Assembly: GCF_009914755.1 (NCBI RefSeq) | Contig: NC_060937.1 | Length of the DNA: 64,000 nt | Direction: 5' to 3' (one strand) | Source of the DNA: the human T2T-CHM13v2.0 reference genome, Homo sapiens | Part shown: positions 30,009 through 46,293 of the stretch, piece by piece | Layout: each line of letters begins with the position of its first letter | Position numbering within the stretch: the stretch's first letter is position 1 | The notes under the pieces: model-generated | The model's input: the letters and a program-made list of their open reading frames with translations, nothing else | Database searches by the model: none | Told to the model about the DNA's origin: nothing | Translations under genes and position numbers: made by a program

Positions 30009-33000
30009 TTGTGTACTGTACATAATATATTAAATCGCCCAAATATATATTTTATACTGTATATGAAATATGAAGGTACTTCAAATATATATTATATGCT
30101 GCACATAAAATATCAAAGTACCCAAAGTATGCATTACATACTGTACATAAAATATCAAAGTACACAAATTATATATTATATTCTGTACATAAAATATGTA
30201 GGTTCGTCAAATATATTTTATATTCTGTACATAATATATCAAAGTACATCAAATATATATTATATACGGTACATAAAATATCAAAGTACCCAAAATATGT
30301 ACTATTTACTGTACATAAAATATGAAAGTAACCAAACATTTATAATAAACTGTACATAAAATATCAAAGTACTCAATCTACATATTATATACAGTATATA
30401 AAATATCAAAGTACACAAACTGTATATTATATACTGTACATAATATATCAAAGTACCCAGAATATATAGCATACTGTACATACAATATCAAAGTACCCAG
30501 AATGTATATTGTATACTGTACATAAAATATGAAGGTACATCAAAGATATATTATATTCTGTACATAAAATATGAAAGTACACCAAATATATATTATATAC
30601 TGTACATAATATATTAAAGTTGCCCATGTATACATTTTATACTGTACATAAAATATGAAGGTACATCAAATATATAGTATATGCTGCACATAAAATATCA
30701 AAGTACCCAAAGTATGTATTATATACTGTACATAAAATATCAAAGTACCAAAAGTATATATTACCTACTGTAAATAAAATATGAAGATACCTCAAATATA
30801 TATTATATTCTGTACATAAAATATCAAAGTACACCAAGTATATACTATATACTCTACATAAAATATTAAATTACCCAAAATATGTATTGTATTGTGTACA
30901 TAAAATATGAAAGTATCCAAACATTTATAATAAACTGTACATAAAATATCAAAGTACTCAAACTGTATATTATATACTGTACATAAAGTATCAAAGTACC
31001 CAAACTGTGTAGTATATACTGTACATAAAATATCAAGGTACCCAAAATATATATTGTAAACTGTAGATAAAATATCAAAATACCCAAAATATATATTATA
31101 TACTGTACATAAAATATGAAGGCACATCCAATATATATTATATTCTGTACATAAAATATCAAAGTACACCAAATGTATATTATATACTGTACATAAAATA
31201 TCAAAGTACCCAAAGTGTATATTATATACTGTACATAAAATATGAAGGTTCATCAAATATATTTTATATTCTGCACATAATATATCAAAGTACAGCAAAT
31301 ATATATTATATACTGTACATAAAATATCAAAGTACCCAGAATATGTATTATATACTGTACATAAAATATGAAAGTAAGCAAACATTTATAATAAACTGTA
31401 CATAAAGTATCAAAGTACTCAAACTACATATTATATACAGTATATAAAATATCAAAGTACACAAACTGTATATTATATACTGTACATAATATATCAAAGT
31501 ACCCGAATATATAGCATACTCTACATAAAATATCAAAGTACCCAAAGTTTGTATTATACACTGCACATAAAATATGAAGGTACATCAAAGATATATTATA
31601 TTCTGTACATAAAATATCAAAGTACACCAACTATATATTATATGCTGTACATAATATATTAAAGTCGACCAAATATATATTATATACTGTACATAAAATA
31701 TGAAGGTACATCAAATATATATTATATGCTGCACATAAAATATCAAAGTACCCAAAGTATGTGTTATATACTGTACATAAAATATCAAAGTACCCAAAGT
31801 ATATATTATATACTGTACATAAAATATAAAATACCCCAAATATATATTATATGCTGTACATAAAATATCAAAGTACACAAAATATGTATTATATACTGTA
31901 CATAAAATACCAAAGGACCCAAAATATATATTATATACTGTACATAAAATATCAAAATACCCAAAATATATATTATATACTGTACATAAAATACCAAAGT
32001 ACCCAAAGTATATGTTATATACCGTACAAAAAATATCAAAGTAGCCAAAATATGTATTATACACTGTACATAATATATGAAAGTACCCAAACATTTATAA
32101 TAAACTGTACATAAAATATCAATGTACTCAAACTATATATTATGTGCGGTACATAAGATATCAAAGTACCCATACTATATAGTATATACTGTACTTAAAA
32201 TATCAAAATACCCAAAATATATATTATATACGTTACATAAACTATCAAATACACAAAGTATGTATTATATACTGTACATAAAATAGCAAAGTTCCCAAAA
32301 TATGTATTATATACTGTACATAAAATATGAAAGTACCCAACCATTTATAATAAAGTCTACATAAAATACCAAAGTACCCAAACTGTGTATTATATACTGT
32401 CCATAAAATATCAAAGGACCCAAAATATATATTGTAAACTCTACATAAAATATTAAAGTAGCCAAAATACATATTGTATACTGTACATAAAATATAAAAG
32501 TACCCCAAATATATATTATATACTGTACATAAAATATCAAAGTACCCATAATACATATTATATACTGTACATAAAATATCAAAGGACCCAAAATAAACAT
32601 TATATACTGTACATAAAATATCCAAATACTCAAAATATATATTACATACTGTACATAAAATATCAAAGTACCCAAATTATGTATTATGTACTGTACGTAA
32701 AATATCAGAGTACCCAAATATGCATTATATACTGTACATAAAAAATGAAAGTAACAAAACATTTATAATAAACTGTACATAAAATATCAAAGTACTCAAA
32801 CTATATATCATATACTGTACATAAAATATCAAAGTACCCAAACTGTGTATTATTATATACTGTATATAAAATATCAAAGTACCTGAAATATATACTGTAT
32901 ACTGTACATAAAATATCAAAGTACCCAAAATATATACTATATACTGTACATAAAATATGAAGGTACATCAAATATATATTATATCCTGTACATAAAATAT

Positions 33001-33020
33001 CAAAGTACACCTATTATATA
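30009..33020 (+). repeat. Intact short HOR unit (~3,012 bp, 72 monomers)
   Basis: Marker spacing 30009 to 33021; the 7-monomer block is absent. Confidence 0.87.
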
Positions 33021-35154
33021 TTGTGTACTGTACATAATATATTAAATCGCCCAAATATATATTGTATACTGTATATAAAATATGAAGGTACTTCAAATAT
33101 ATATTATATGCTGCACATAAAATATCAAAGTACCCAAAGAATGCATTACATACTGTACATAAAATATCAAAATACACATGTTATCTATTATATAATGTAC
33201 ATAAAATATGAAGGTTCATCAAATATATATTATATTCTGTACATAATATATCAAAGTACATCAAATATATATTATATACTGTACATAAAATATCAAAGTA
33301 CCAAAAATATGTATTATATACTGTACATAAAACATGAAAGTAACCAAACATTTATAATAAACTGTACATAAAATATCAAAGTACTCAATCTACATATTAT
33401 ATACAGTATATAAAATATCAAAGTACACAAACTGTATATTATATACTGTACATAATATATCAAAGTACCCAGAATATATAGCATACTGTACATACAATAT
33501 CAAAGTACCCAGAATGTATATTGTATTCTGTACATAAAATATGAATGTACATCAAAGATATATTATATTCTGTACATAAAATATCAAAGTACACCAAATA
33601 TATATTATATGCTGTACATAATATATTAAAGTTGCCCATGCATACATTTTATACTGTACATAAAATATGAAGGTACATCAAATATATAGTATATGCTGCA
33701 CATAAAATATCAAAGTACCCAAAGTATGTATTATATACTGTACATAAAATATCAAAGTACCAAAAGTATATATTACCTACTGTAAATAAAATATGAAGAT
33801 ACCTCAAATATATATTATATTCTGTACATGAAATATCAAAGTACACCAAGTATATACTATATAGTCTACATAAAATATTAAATTACCCAAAATATGTATT
33901 GTATTGTGTACATAAAATATGAAAGTAACCAAACATTTATAATAAACTGTACATAAAATATCAAAGTACTCAAACTTTATATTATATACTGTACATAAAG
34001 TATCAAAGTACCCAAACTGTGTAGTATATACTGTACATAAAATATCAAGGTACCCAAAATGTATATTGTAAACTGTAGATAAAATATCAAAGTACCCAAA
34101 ATATATATTATATACTGTACATAAAATATGAAGGCTCATCCAATATATATTATATTCTGTACATAAAATATCAAAGTACACCAAATGTATATTATATACT
34201 GTACATAAAATATAAAACTACCCCAAATATATCTTATATACTCTACATAAAATATCAAAGTACCCAAAATATATATTATATACTGTACATAAAATATCAA
34301 AGTACCCATAGTATGTATTATATCCTGTACATAAAATATGAAGGTACATCAAATATATATTCTATTCTGCACATAAAATATCATATTGCACCAAATATAT
34401 ATTGTATACTGTATATAAAATATGAAGGTACTTCAAATATATGTTATATGCTGCACATACAATATCAAAGTACCCAAAGTATGCATTATATACTGTACAT
34501 AAAATATCAAAGTACCCAAAGTGTATATTATATACTGTACATAAAATATGAAGGTTCATCAAATATATTTTATATTCTGCACATAATATATCAAAGTACA
34601 GCAAATATATATTATATACTGTACATAAAATATCAAAGTACCCAAAATATGTATTATATACTGTACATAAAATATGAAAGTAACCAAACATTTATAATAA
34701 ACTGTACATAAAATATCAAAGTACTCAAACTACATATTATATACAGTATATAAAATGTCAAAGTACCCAAACTGTATATTATATACTGTACATAATATAT
34801 CAAAGTACCCGAATATATAGCATACTGTACATAAAATATCAAAGTACCCAAAATATATATTGTATACTGTACATAAAATATGAAGGTACATCAAAGATAT
34901 ATTATATTCTGTACATAAAATATCAAAGTACACCAAATATATATTATATGCTGTACAGAATATATTAAAGTCGACCAAATATATATTATATACTGTACAT
35001 AAAATATGAAGGTACATCAAATATATATTATATGCTGCACATAAAATATCAAAGTACCCAAAGTATGTATTATATACTGTACATAAAATATCAAAGTACC
35101 CAAAGTATATATTATATACTGTACATAAAATATAAAATACCCCAAATATATATT

Positions 35155-35406
35155 ATATCCTGTACATAAAATATCAAGGTACCCAAAATATATATTGTAA
35201 ATTGTACATAAAATATCAAAGTAGCCAAAATACATATTGTATACTGTACATAAAATATGAAGGTACATCAAATATATATTATATCCTGTACATAAAATAT
35301 CAAAGTACCCAAAATATATATTGTAAATTGTACATAAAATATCAAAGTAGCCAAAATATATATTGTATACTGTACATAAAATATAAAAGTACCCCAAATA
35401 TGTATT
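35155..35406 (+). repeat. Local 126-bp (3-monomer) duplication
   Basis: ATATCCTGTAC...GTAAATTGTAC...GTAGCC occurs at 35155 and again at 35281. Both carry the rare GTAAATTGTAC variant. Confidence 0.75.
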
Positions 35407-36184
35407 ATATACTGTACATAAAATATCAAAGTACCGATAATACATATTATATACTGTACATAAAATATCAAAGGACCCAAAATAAACATTATATACTGTA
35501 CATAAAATATCCAAATACTCAAAATATATATTACATACTGTACATAAAATATCAAAGTACCCAAATTATGTATTATATACTGTACGTAAAATATCAGAGT
35601 ACCCAAAATATGCATTATATACTGTACATAAAATATGAAAGTAACAAAACATTTATAATAAACTGTACATAAAATATCAAAGTACTCAAACTATATATCA
35701 TATACTGTACATAAAATATCAAAGTACCCAAACTGTGTATTATTATATACTGTATATAAAATATCAAAGTACCTGAAATATATATTGTATACTGTACATA
35801 AAATATCAAAGTACCCAAAATATATACTATATACTGTACATAAAATATGAAGGTACATAAATATATATTATATCCTGTACATAAAATATCAAAGTACACC
35901 TATTATATATTGTGTACTCTACATAATATATTAAGTCGCCCAAATATATATTGTATACTGTATATAAAATATGAAGGTACTTCAAATATATATTATATGC
36001 TGCACATAAAATATCAAAGTACCCAAGGTATGCATTACATACTGTACATAAAATATCAAAGTACACATATTATATATTATATAATATACATAAAATATGA
36101 AGGTTCATCAAATATATATTATATTCTGTACATAATATATCAAAGTACATCAAATATATATTATATACTGTACATAAAATATCA

Positions 36185-39100
36185 AAGTACCAAAAATATG
36201 TATTATATACTGTACATAAAATATGAAAGTAACCAAACATTTATAATATACTGTACATAAAATATCAAAGTACTCAGTCTACATATTACATACAGTATAT
36301 AAAATATCAAAGTACACACACTGTATATTATATACTGTACATAATATATCAAAGTACCCAGAATATATAACATACTGTACATAAAATATCAAAGTACCCG
36401 AAATATATATGGTATACTGTACATAAAATATGAAGGTACATCAAAGATATATTATATTCTGTACATAAAATATCAAAGTACACCAAATATATATTATATG
36501 CTGTACATAATATATTAAAGTTGCCCAAATACACATTCTATACTGTACATAAAATATGAACGTACATCAAATATATAGTATATGCTGCACATAAAATATC
36601 AAAGTACCCAAAGTATGTATTATACACTGTACATAAAATATCAAAGTACCAAAAGTATATATTACATACTGTAAATAAAATATGAAGGTACCTCAAATAT
36701 ATATTATATTCTGTACATAAAATATCAAAGTCCACCAAGTATATACTATATACTCTGCATAAAATATTAAATTACCCAAAATATGTATTGCATTGTGTAC
36801 ATAAAATATGAAAGTAACCAAACATTTATAATAAACTGTACATAAAATATCAAAGTACTCAAACTGTATATTATATACTGTACATAAAGTATCAAAGTAC
36901 CCAAACTGTGTAGTATATACTGTACATAAAATATCAAGGTACCCAAAATATATATTGTAAACTGTAGATTAAATATCAAAGTACCCAAAATATATATTAT
37001 ATACTGTACATAAAATATGAAGGCACATCCAATATATACTATATTCTGTACATAAAATATCAAAGTACACCAAATGTATATTATATACTGTACATAAAAT
37101 ATCAAAGTACCCAAAGTGTATATTATATACTGTACATAAAATATGAAGGTTCATCAAATATATTTTATATTCTGCACATAATATATCAAAGTACAGCAAA
37201 TATATATTATATACTGTACATAAAATATCAAAGTACCCAAAATATGTATTATATACTGTACATAAAATATGAAAGTAACCAAACATTTATAATAAACTTT
37301 ACATAAAGTATCAAAGTACTCAAACTACATATTATATACAGTATATAAAATATCAAAGTACCCCAACTGTATATTATATACTGTACATAATATATCAAAG
37401 TACCCAAATATATAGCATACTGTACATAAAATATCAAAGTACCCAAAATATATATTATATACTGTACATAAAATATCAAAATACCCAAAATATATATTAT
37501 ATACTGTACATAAATTACCAAAGTACCCAAAGTATATATTATGTAACGTACAAAAAATATCAAAGTAGCCAAAATATGTATTATACACTGTACTTAATAT
37601 ATGAAAGTACCCAAACATTTATAATAAACTGTAAATAAAATATCAATGTACTCAAACTATATATTATGTGCGGTACATAAGATATCAAAGTACCCATGCT
37701 ATATAGTATATACTGTACTTAAAATATCAAAATACCCAAAATATATATTATATACGTTACATAAACTATCAAATACACAAAGTATGTATTATATACTGTA
37801 CATAAAATAGCAAAGTTCCCAAAATATGTATTATATACTGTACGTAAAATATGAAAGTACCCAACCATTTATAATAAACTCTACATAAAATACCAAAGTA
37901 CCCAAACTGTGTATTATATACTGTCCATAAAATATCAAAGGACCCAAAATATATATTGTAAACTCTACATAAAATATCAAAGTAGCCAAAATACATATTG
38001 TATACTGTACATAAAATATAAAAGTACCCCAAATATATATTATATACTGTACATAAAATATCAAAGTACCCATAATACATATTATATACTGTACATAAAA
38101 TATCAAAGGACCCAAAATAAACATTATATACTGTACATAAAATATCCAAATACTCAAAATATATATTACATACTGTACATAAAATATCAAAGTACCCAAA
38201 TTATGTATTATATACTGTATATAAAATATCAGAGTACCCAAAATATGCATTATATACTGTACATAAAATATGAAGGTACATCAAATATATAGTATATGCT
38301 GCACATAAAATATCAAAGTACCCAAAGTATGTATTATATACTGTACATAAAATATCAAAGTACCAAAAGTATATATTACCTACTGTAAATAAAATATGAA
38401 GATACCTCAAATATATATTATATTCTGTACATAAAATATCAAAGTGCACCAAGTATATACTATATACTCTACATAAAATATTAAATTACCCAAAATATGT
38501 ATTGTATTGTGTACATAGAATATGAAAGTAACCAAACATTTATAATAAACTGTACATAAAATATCAAAGTACTCAAACTTTATATTATATACTGTACATA
38601 AAGTATCAAAGTACCCAAACTGTGTAGTATATACTGTACATGAAATATCAAGGTACCCAAAATGTATATTGTAAACTGTAGATAAAATATCAAAGTACCC
38701 AAAATATATATTATATACTGTACATAAAATATGAAGGCACATCCAATATATATTATATTCTGTACATAAAATATCAAAGTACACCAAATGTATATTATAT
38801 ACTGTACATAAAATATAAAACTACCCCAAATATATCTTATATACACTACATAAAATATCAAAGTACCCAAAATATATATTATATACTGTACATAAAATAT
38901 CAAAGTACCCATAGTATGTATTATATCCTGTACATAAAATATGAAGGTACATCAAATATATATTCTATTCTGCACATAAAATATCATATTGCACCAACTA
39001 TATATTGTATACTGTATATAAAATATGAAGGTACTTCAAATATATATTATATGCTGCACATAAAATATCAAAGTACCCAAAGTATGCATTATATACTGTA

Positions 39101-42100
39101 CATAAAATATCAAAGTACCCAAAGTGTATATTATATACTGTACATAAATTATGAAGGTTCATCAAATATATTTTATATTCTGCACATAATATATCAAAGT
39201 ACAGCAAATATATATTATATATTGTACATAAAATAACAAAGTACCAAAAATATGTATTATATACTGTACATAAAATATGAAAGTAACCAAATATTTATAA
39301 TAAACTGTATATAAAATATCAAAGTACTCAAACTACATATTATATACAGTATATAAAATATCAAAGTACCCAAACTATATATTATATACTGTACATACTA
39401 TATCAAAGTACCCAAATATATAGCATACTGTCCATAAAATATCAAAGTACCCAATATATATATTGTATACTGTACATAAAATATGAAGGTACATCAAAGA
39501 TATATTATATCCTGTACATAAAATATCAAAGTACACCAAATATATATTATATGCTGTACATAATATATTAAAGTCGACCAAATATATATTATATACTGTA
39601 CATAAAATATGAAGGTACCTCAACTATATATTATATGCTGCACATAAATTATCAAAGTACCCAAAGTATGTATTATATACTGTACATAAAATATCAAAGT
39701 ACCCAAAGTATATATTATATACTGTACATAAAATATAAAATACCCCAAATATATATTATATGCTGTACATAAAATATCAAAGTACACAAAATATGTATTA
39801 TGTACTGTACATACAATATAAAGGACCCAAAATATATACTATATACTGTACATAAAATATCAAAATACCCAAAATATATATTATATACTGTACATAAAAT
39901 ACCAAAGTACCCAAAGTATATATTATATACCGTACAAAAAATATCAAAGTAGCCAAAATATGTATTATACACTGTACATAATATATGAAAGTACCCAAAC
40001 ATTTATAATAAAGTGTACATAAAATATCAATGTACTCAAACTATGTATTATGTGCGGTACATAACATATCAAATTATCCATACTATATAGTATGTACTGC
40101 ACTTAAAATATCAAAATACCCAAAATATATATTATATACGTTACATAAACTATCAAATACACAAAGTATGTATTATATACCGTACATAAAATAGCAAAGT
40201 TCCCAAAATATGTATTATATACTGTACATAAAATATGAAAGTACCCAACCATTTATAATAAACTCTACATAAAATACCAAAGTACCCAAACTGTGTATTA
40301 CATACTGTCCATAAAATATCAAAGTACCCAAAATATATATTGTAAACTCTACATAAAATATCAAAGTAGCCAAAATACATATTTTATACTGTACATAAAA
40401 TATGAAAGTACCCCAAATATGTATTATATACTGTACATAAAATATCAAAGTACCCATAATACATATTATATACTGTACATAAAATATCAAAGGACCCAAA
40501 ATAAACATTATATACTGTACATAAAATATCCAAATACTCAAAATATATATTACGTACTGTACATAAAATATCAAAGTACCCAAATTATGTATTATATACT
40601 GTACGTAAAATATCAGAGTACCCAAAATATGCATTATATACTGTACATAAAATATGAAAGTAACAATACATTTATAATAAACTGTACAAAAAATATCAAA
40701 GTACTCAAACTATATATCATATACTGTACATAAAATATCAAAGTACCCAAACTGTGTATTATTATATACTGTATATAAAATATCAAATACCTGAAATATA
40801 TATTGTATACTGTACATAAAATATCAAAGTACCCAAAATATATACTATATACTGTACATAAAATATGAAGGTACATCAAATATATATTATATCCTGTACA
40901 TAAAATATCAAAGTACACCTATTATATATTGTGTACTGTACATAATATATTAAATCGCCCAAATATATATTGTATACTGTATATAAAATATGAAGGTACT
41001 TCAAATATATATTATATGCTGCACATAAAATATCAAAGTACCCAAAGTATGCATTACATACTGTACATAAAATATCAAAGTACACATATTATATATTATA
41101 TAATGTACATAAAATATGAAGGTTCATCAAATATATATTATATTCTGTACATAATATATCAAAGTACATAAAATATATATTATATACGGTACATAAAATA
41201 TCAAAGTACCAAAAATATGTATTATATACTGTACATAAAACATGAAAGTAACCAAACATTTATAATAAACTGTACATTAAATATCAAAGTACTCAATGTA
41301 CATAATATATACAGTATATAAAATATCAAAGTACACAAACTGTATATTATATACTGTACATAATATATCAAAGTACCCAGAATATATAGCATACTGTACA
41401 TAAAATATCAAAGTACCCAAAATATATATTGTATACTGTACATAAAATATGAAGGTACATCAAAGATATATTATATTCTGTACATAAAATATCAAAGTAC
41501 ACCAAATATATATTATATGCTGTACATAGTATATTAAAGTTGCCCGTATATACATTATATACTGTACATAAAATATGAACGTACATCAAATATATAGTAT
41601 ATGCTGCACATAAAATATCAAAGTACCCAAAGTATGTATTATACACTGTACATAAAATATCAAAGTACCAAAAGTATATATTACATACTGTAAATAAAAT
41701 ATGAAGGTACCTCAAATATATATTATATTCTGTACATAAAATATCAAAGTACACCAAGTATATACTATATACTCTGCATAAAATATTAAATTACCCAAAA
41801 TATGTATTGTATTGTGTACATAAAATATGAAAGTAACCAAACATTTATAATAAACTGTACATAAAATATCAAAGTACTCAAACTGTATATTATATACTGT
41901 ACATAAAGTATCAAAGTACCCAAACTGTGTAGTATATACTGTACATAAAATATCAAGGTACCCAAAATATATATTGTAAACTGTAGATAAAATATCAAAG
42001 TACCCAAAATATATATTATATACTGTACATAAAATGTGAAGGCACATCCAATATATATTATATTCTGTACATAAAATATCAAAGTACACCAAATATATAT

Positions 42101-43835
42101 TATATACTGTACATAAAATATCAAAGTACCCAAAGTGTATATTATATACTGTACATAAAATATGAAGGTTCATCAAATATGTTTTATATTCTGCACATAA
42201 TATATCAAAGTACAGCAAATATATATTATATACTGTACATAAAATATCAAAGTACCCAAAATATGTATTATATACTGTACATAAAATATGAAAGTAACCA
42301 AACATTTATAATAAACTGTACATAAAGTATCAAAGTACTCAAACTACATATTATATACAGTATATAAAATGTCAAAGTACCCAAACTGTATATTATATAC
42401 TGTACATAATATATCAAAGTACCCGAATATATAGCATACTGTACATAAAATATCAAAGTACCCAAAGTGTGTTTTATACACTGCACATAAAATATGAAGG
42501 TACATAAAATATATATTGTATTCTGTACATAAAATATCAAAGTACTCCAAATATATATTATATGCTGTACATAATATATTAAAGTCGCCCAAATATATAT
42601 TATATACTGTGCATAAAATATGAAGGTACATCAAATATATATTATATGCTGCACATAAAATATCAAAGTACCCAAAGTATGTGTTATATACTGTACATAA
42701 AATATCAAAGTACCCAAAGTATATATTATATACTGTACATAAAATATAAAATACCCCAAATATATATTATATGCTGTACATAAAATATCAAAGTACACAA
42801 AATATGTATTATATACTGTACATAAAATACCAAAGGACCCAAAATATATATTATATACTGTACATAAAATATCAAAATTCCCAAAATATATATTATATAC
42901 TGTACATAAAATACCAAAGTACCCAAAGTATATATTATATACCGTACAAAAAATATCAAAGTAGCCAAAATATGTATTATACACTGTACATAATATATGA
43001 ATGTACCCAAACATTTATAATAAACTGTACATAAAATATCAATGTACTCAAACTATATATTATGTGCGGTACATAAGATATCAAAGTACCCATACTATAT
43101 AGTATATACTGTACTTAAAATATCAAAATACCCAAAATATATATTATATACGTTACATAAACTATCAAGTACACAAAGTATGTATTATATACTGTACATA
43201 AAATAGCAAAGTTCCCAAAATATGTAATATATATATTATAAATATGTACATAAAATATGAAAGTATCCAACCATTTATAATAAACTCTACATAAAACACC
43301 AAAGTACCCAAACTGTGTATTATATACTGTCCATAAAATATCAAAGTACCCAAAATATATATTGTAAACTGTACATAAAATATCAAAGTAGCCAAAATAC
43401 ATATTGTATACTGTACATAAAATATAAAAGTACCCCAAATATATATTATATACTGTACATAAAATATCAAAGTACCCATAATACATATTATATACTGTAC
43501 ATAAAATATCAAAGGACCCAAAATAAACATTATATACTGTACATAAAATATCCAAATACTCAAAATATATATTACATACTGTACATAAAATATCAAAGTA
43601 CCCAAATTATGTATTATATACTGTACGTAAAATATCAGAGTACCCAAAATATGCATTATATACTGTACATAAAATATGAAAGTAACAAAACATTTATAAT
43701 AAACTGTACATAAAATATCAAAGTACTCAAACTATATATCATATACTGTACATAAAATATCAAAGTACCCAAAATATATATTGTATACTGTACATAAAAT
43801 ATGAAGGTACATCAAAGATATATTATATTCTGTAC
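36185..43835 (+). repeat. Segmental duplication within the array, copy 2 (~7.7 kb)
   Basis: Near-identical to ~19900-27550, e.g. AAAGTCCACC, TGTAGATTAA, AAAGTGCACC, GTAACAATAC and GTTGCCCGTA are seen only in these two copies. Confidence 0.88.
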
Positions 43836-46293
43836 ATAAAATATCAAACTACACCAAATATATATTATATCCTGTACATAATATATTAAAGTTGCCCATA
43901 TATACATTATATACTGTACATAAAATATGAACGTACATCAAATATATAGTATATGCTGCACATAAAATATCAAAGTACCCAAAGTATGTATTATACACTG
44001 TACATAAAATATCAAAGTACCAAAAGTATATATTACATACTGTAAATAAAATATGAAGGTACCTCAAATATATATTATATTCTGTACATAAAATATCAAA
44101 GTACACCAAGTATATACTATATAATCTGCATAAAATATTAAATTACCCAAAATATGTATTGTATTGTGTACATAAAATATGAAAGTATCCAAACATTTAT
44201 AATAAACTGTACATAAAATATCAAAGTACTCAAACTGTATATTATATACTGTACATAAAGTATCAAAGTACCCAAACTGTGTAGTATATACTGTACATAA
44301 AATATCAAGGTACCCAAAATATATATTGTAAACTGTAGATAAAATATCAAAGTACCCAAAATATATATTATATACTGTACATAAAATATGAAGGCACATC
44401 CAATATATATTATATTCTGTACATAAAATATCAAAGTACACCAAATGTATATAATATACTGTACATAAAATATCAAAGTACCCAAATTGTATATTATATA
44501 CTGTACATAAAATATGAAGGTTCATCAAATATATTTTATATTCTGCACATCATATATCAAAGTACAGCAAATATATATTATATACTGTACATAAAATATC
44601 AAAGTACCCAAAATATGTATTATATACTGTACATAAAATATGAAAGTAACCAAACATTTATAATACACTGTACATAAAGTATCAAAGTACTCAAACTACA
44701 TATTATATACAGTATATAAAATATCAAAGTACCCAAACTGTATATTATATACTGTACATAATATATCAAAGTACCCGAATATATAGCATACTCTACATAA
44801 AATATCAAAGTACCCAAAGTTTGTATTATACACTGCACAGAAAATATGAAGGTACATCAAAGATATATTATATTCTCTACATAAAATATCAAAGTACACC
44901 AAATATATATTATATGCTGTACATAATATATTAAAGTCGACCAAATATATATTATATACTGTACATAAAATATGAAGGTACATCAAATATATATTATATG
45001 CTGCACATAAAATATCAAAGTACCCAAAGTATGTGTTATATACTGTACATAAAATATCAAAGTACCCAAAGTATATATTATATACTGTACATAAAATATA
45101 AAATACCCCAAATATATATTATATGCTCTACATAAAATATCAAAGTACACAAAATATGTATTATATACTGTACATAAAATACCAAAGGACCCAAAATATA
45201 TATTATATACTGTACATAAAATATCAAAATTCCCAAAATATATATTATATACTGTACATAAAATACCAAAGTACCCAAAGTATATATTATATACCGTACA
45301 AAAAATATCAAAGTAGCCAAAATATGTATTATACACTGTACATAATATATGAAAGTACCCAAACATTTATAATAAATTGTACATAAAATATCAATGTACT
45401 CCAACTATATATTATGTGCGGTAAATTAGATATCAAAGTACCCATACTATATAGTATATACTGTACTTAAAATATCAAAATACCCAAAATATATATTATA
45501 TACGTTACATAAACTATCAAATACACAAAGTATGTATTATGTACTGTACATAAAATAGCAAAGTTCCCAAAATATGTATTATATACTGTACATAAAATAT
45601 GAAAGTACCCAACCATTTATAATAAACTCTACATAAAATACCAAAGTACCCAAACTGTGTATTATATACTGTCCATAAAATATCAAAGTACCCAAAATAT
45701 ATATTGTAAACTCTACATAAAATATCAAAGTAGCCAAAATACATATTGTATACTGTACATAAAATATAAAAGTACCCCAAATATATATTATATACTGTAC
45801 ATAAAATATCAAAGTACCCATAATACATATTATATACTGTACATAAAATATCAAAGGACCCAAAATAAACATTATATACTGTACATAAAATATCCAAATA
45901 CTCAAAATATATATTACATACTGTACATAAAATATCAAAGTACCCAAATTATGTATTATATACTGTACGTAAAATATCAGAGTACCCAAAATATGCATTA
46001 TATACTGTACATAAAATATGAAAGTAACAAAACATTTATAAAAAACTGTACATAAAATATCAAAGTACTCAAACTATATATCATATACTGTACATAAAAT
46101 ATCAAAGTACCCAAACTGTGTATTATTATATACTGTATATAAAATATCAAAGTACCTGAAATATATACTGTATACTGTACATAAAATATCAAAGTACCCA
46201 AAATATATACTATATACTGTACATAAAATATGAAGGTACATCAAATATATATTATATCCTGTACATAAAATATCAAAGTACACCTATTATATA

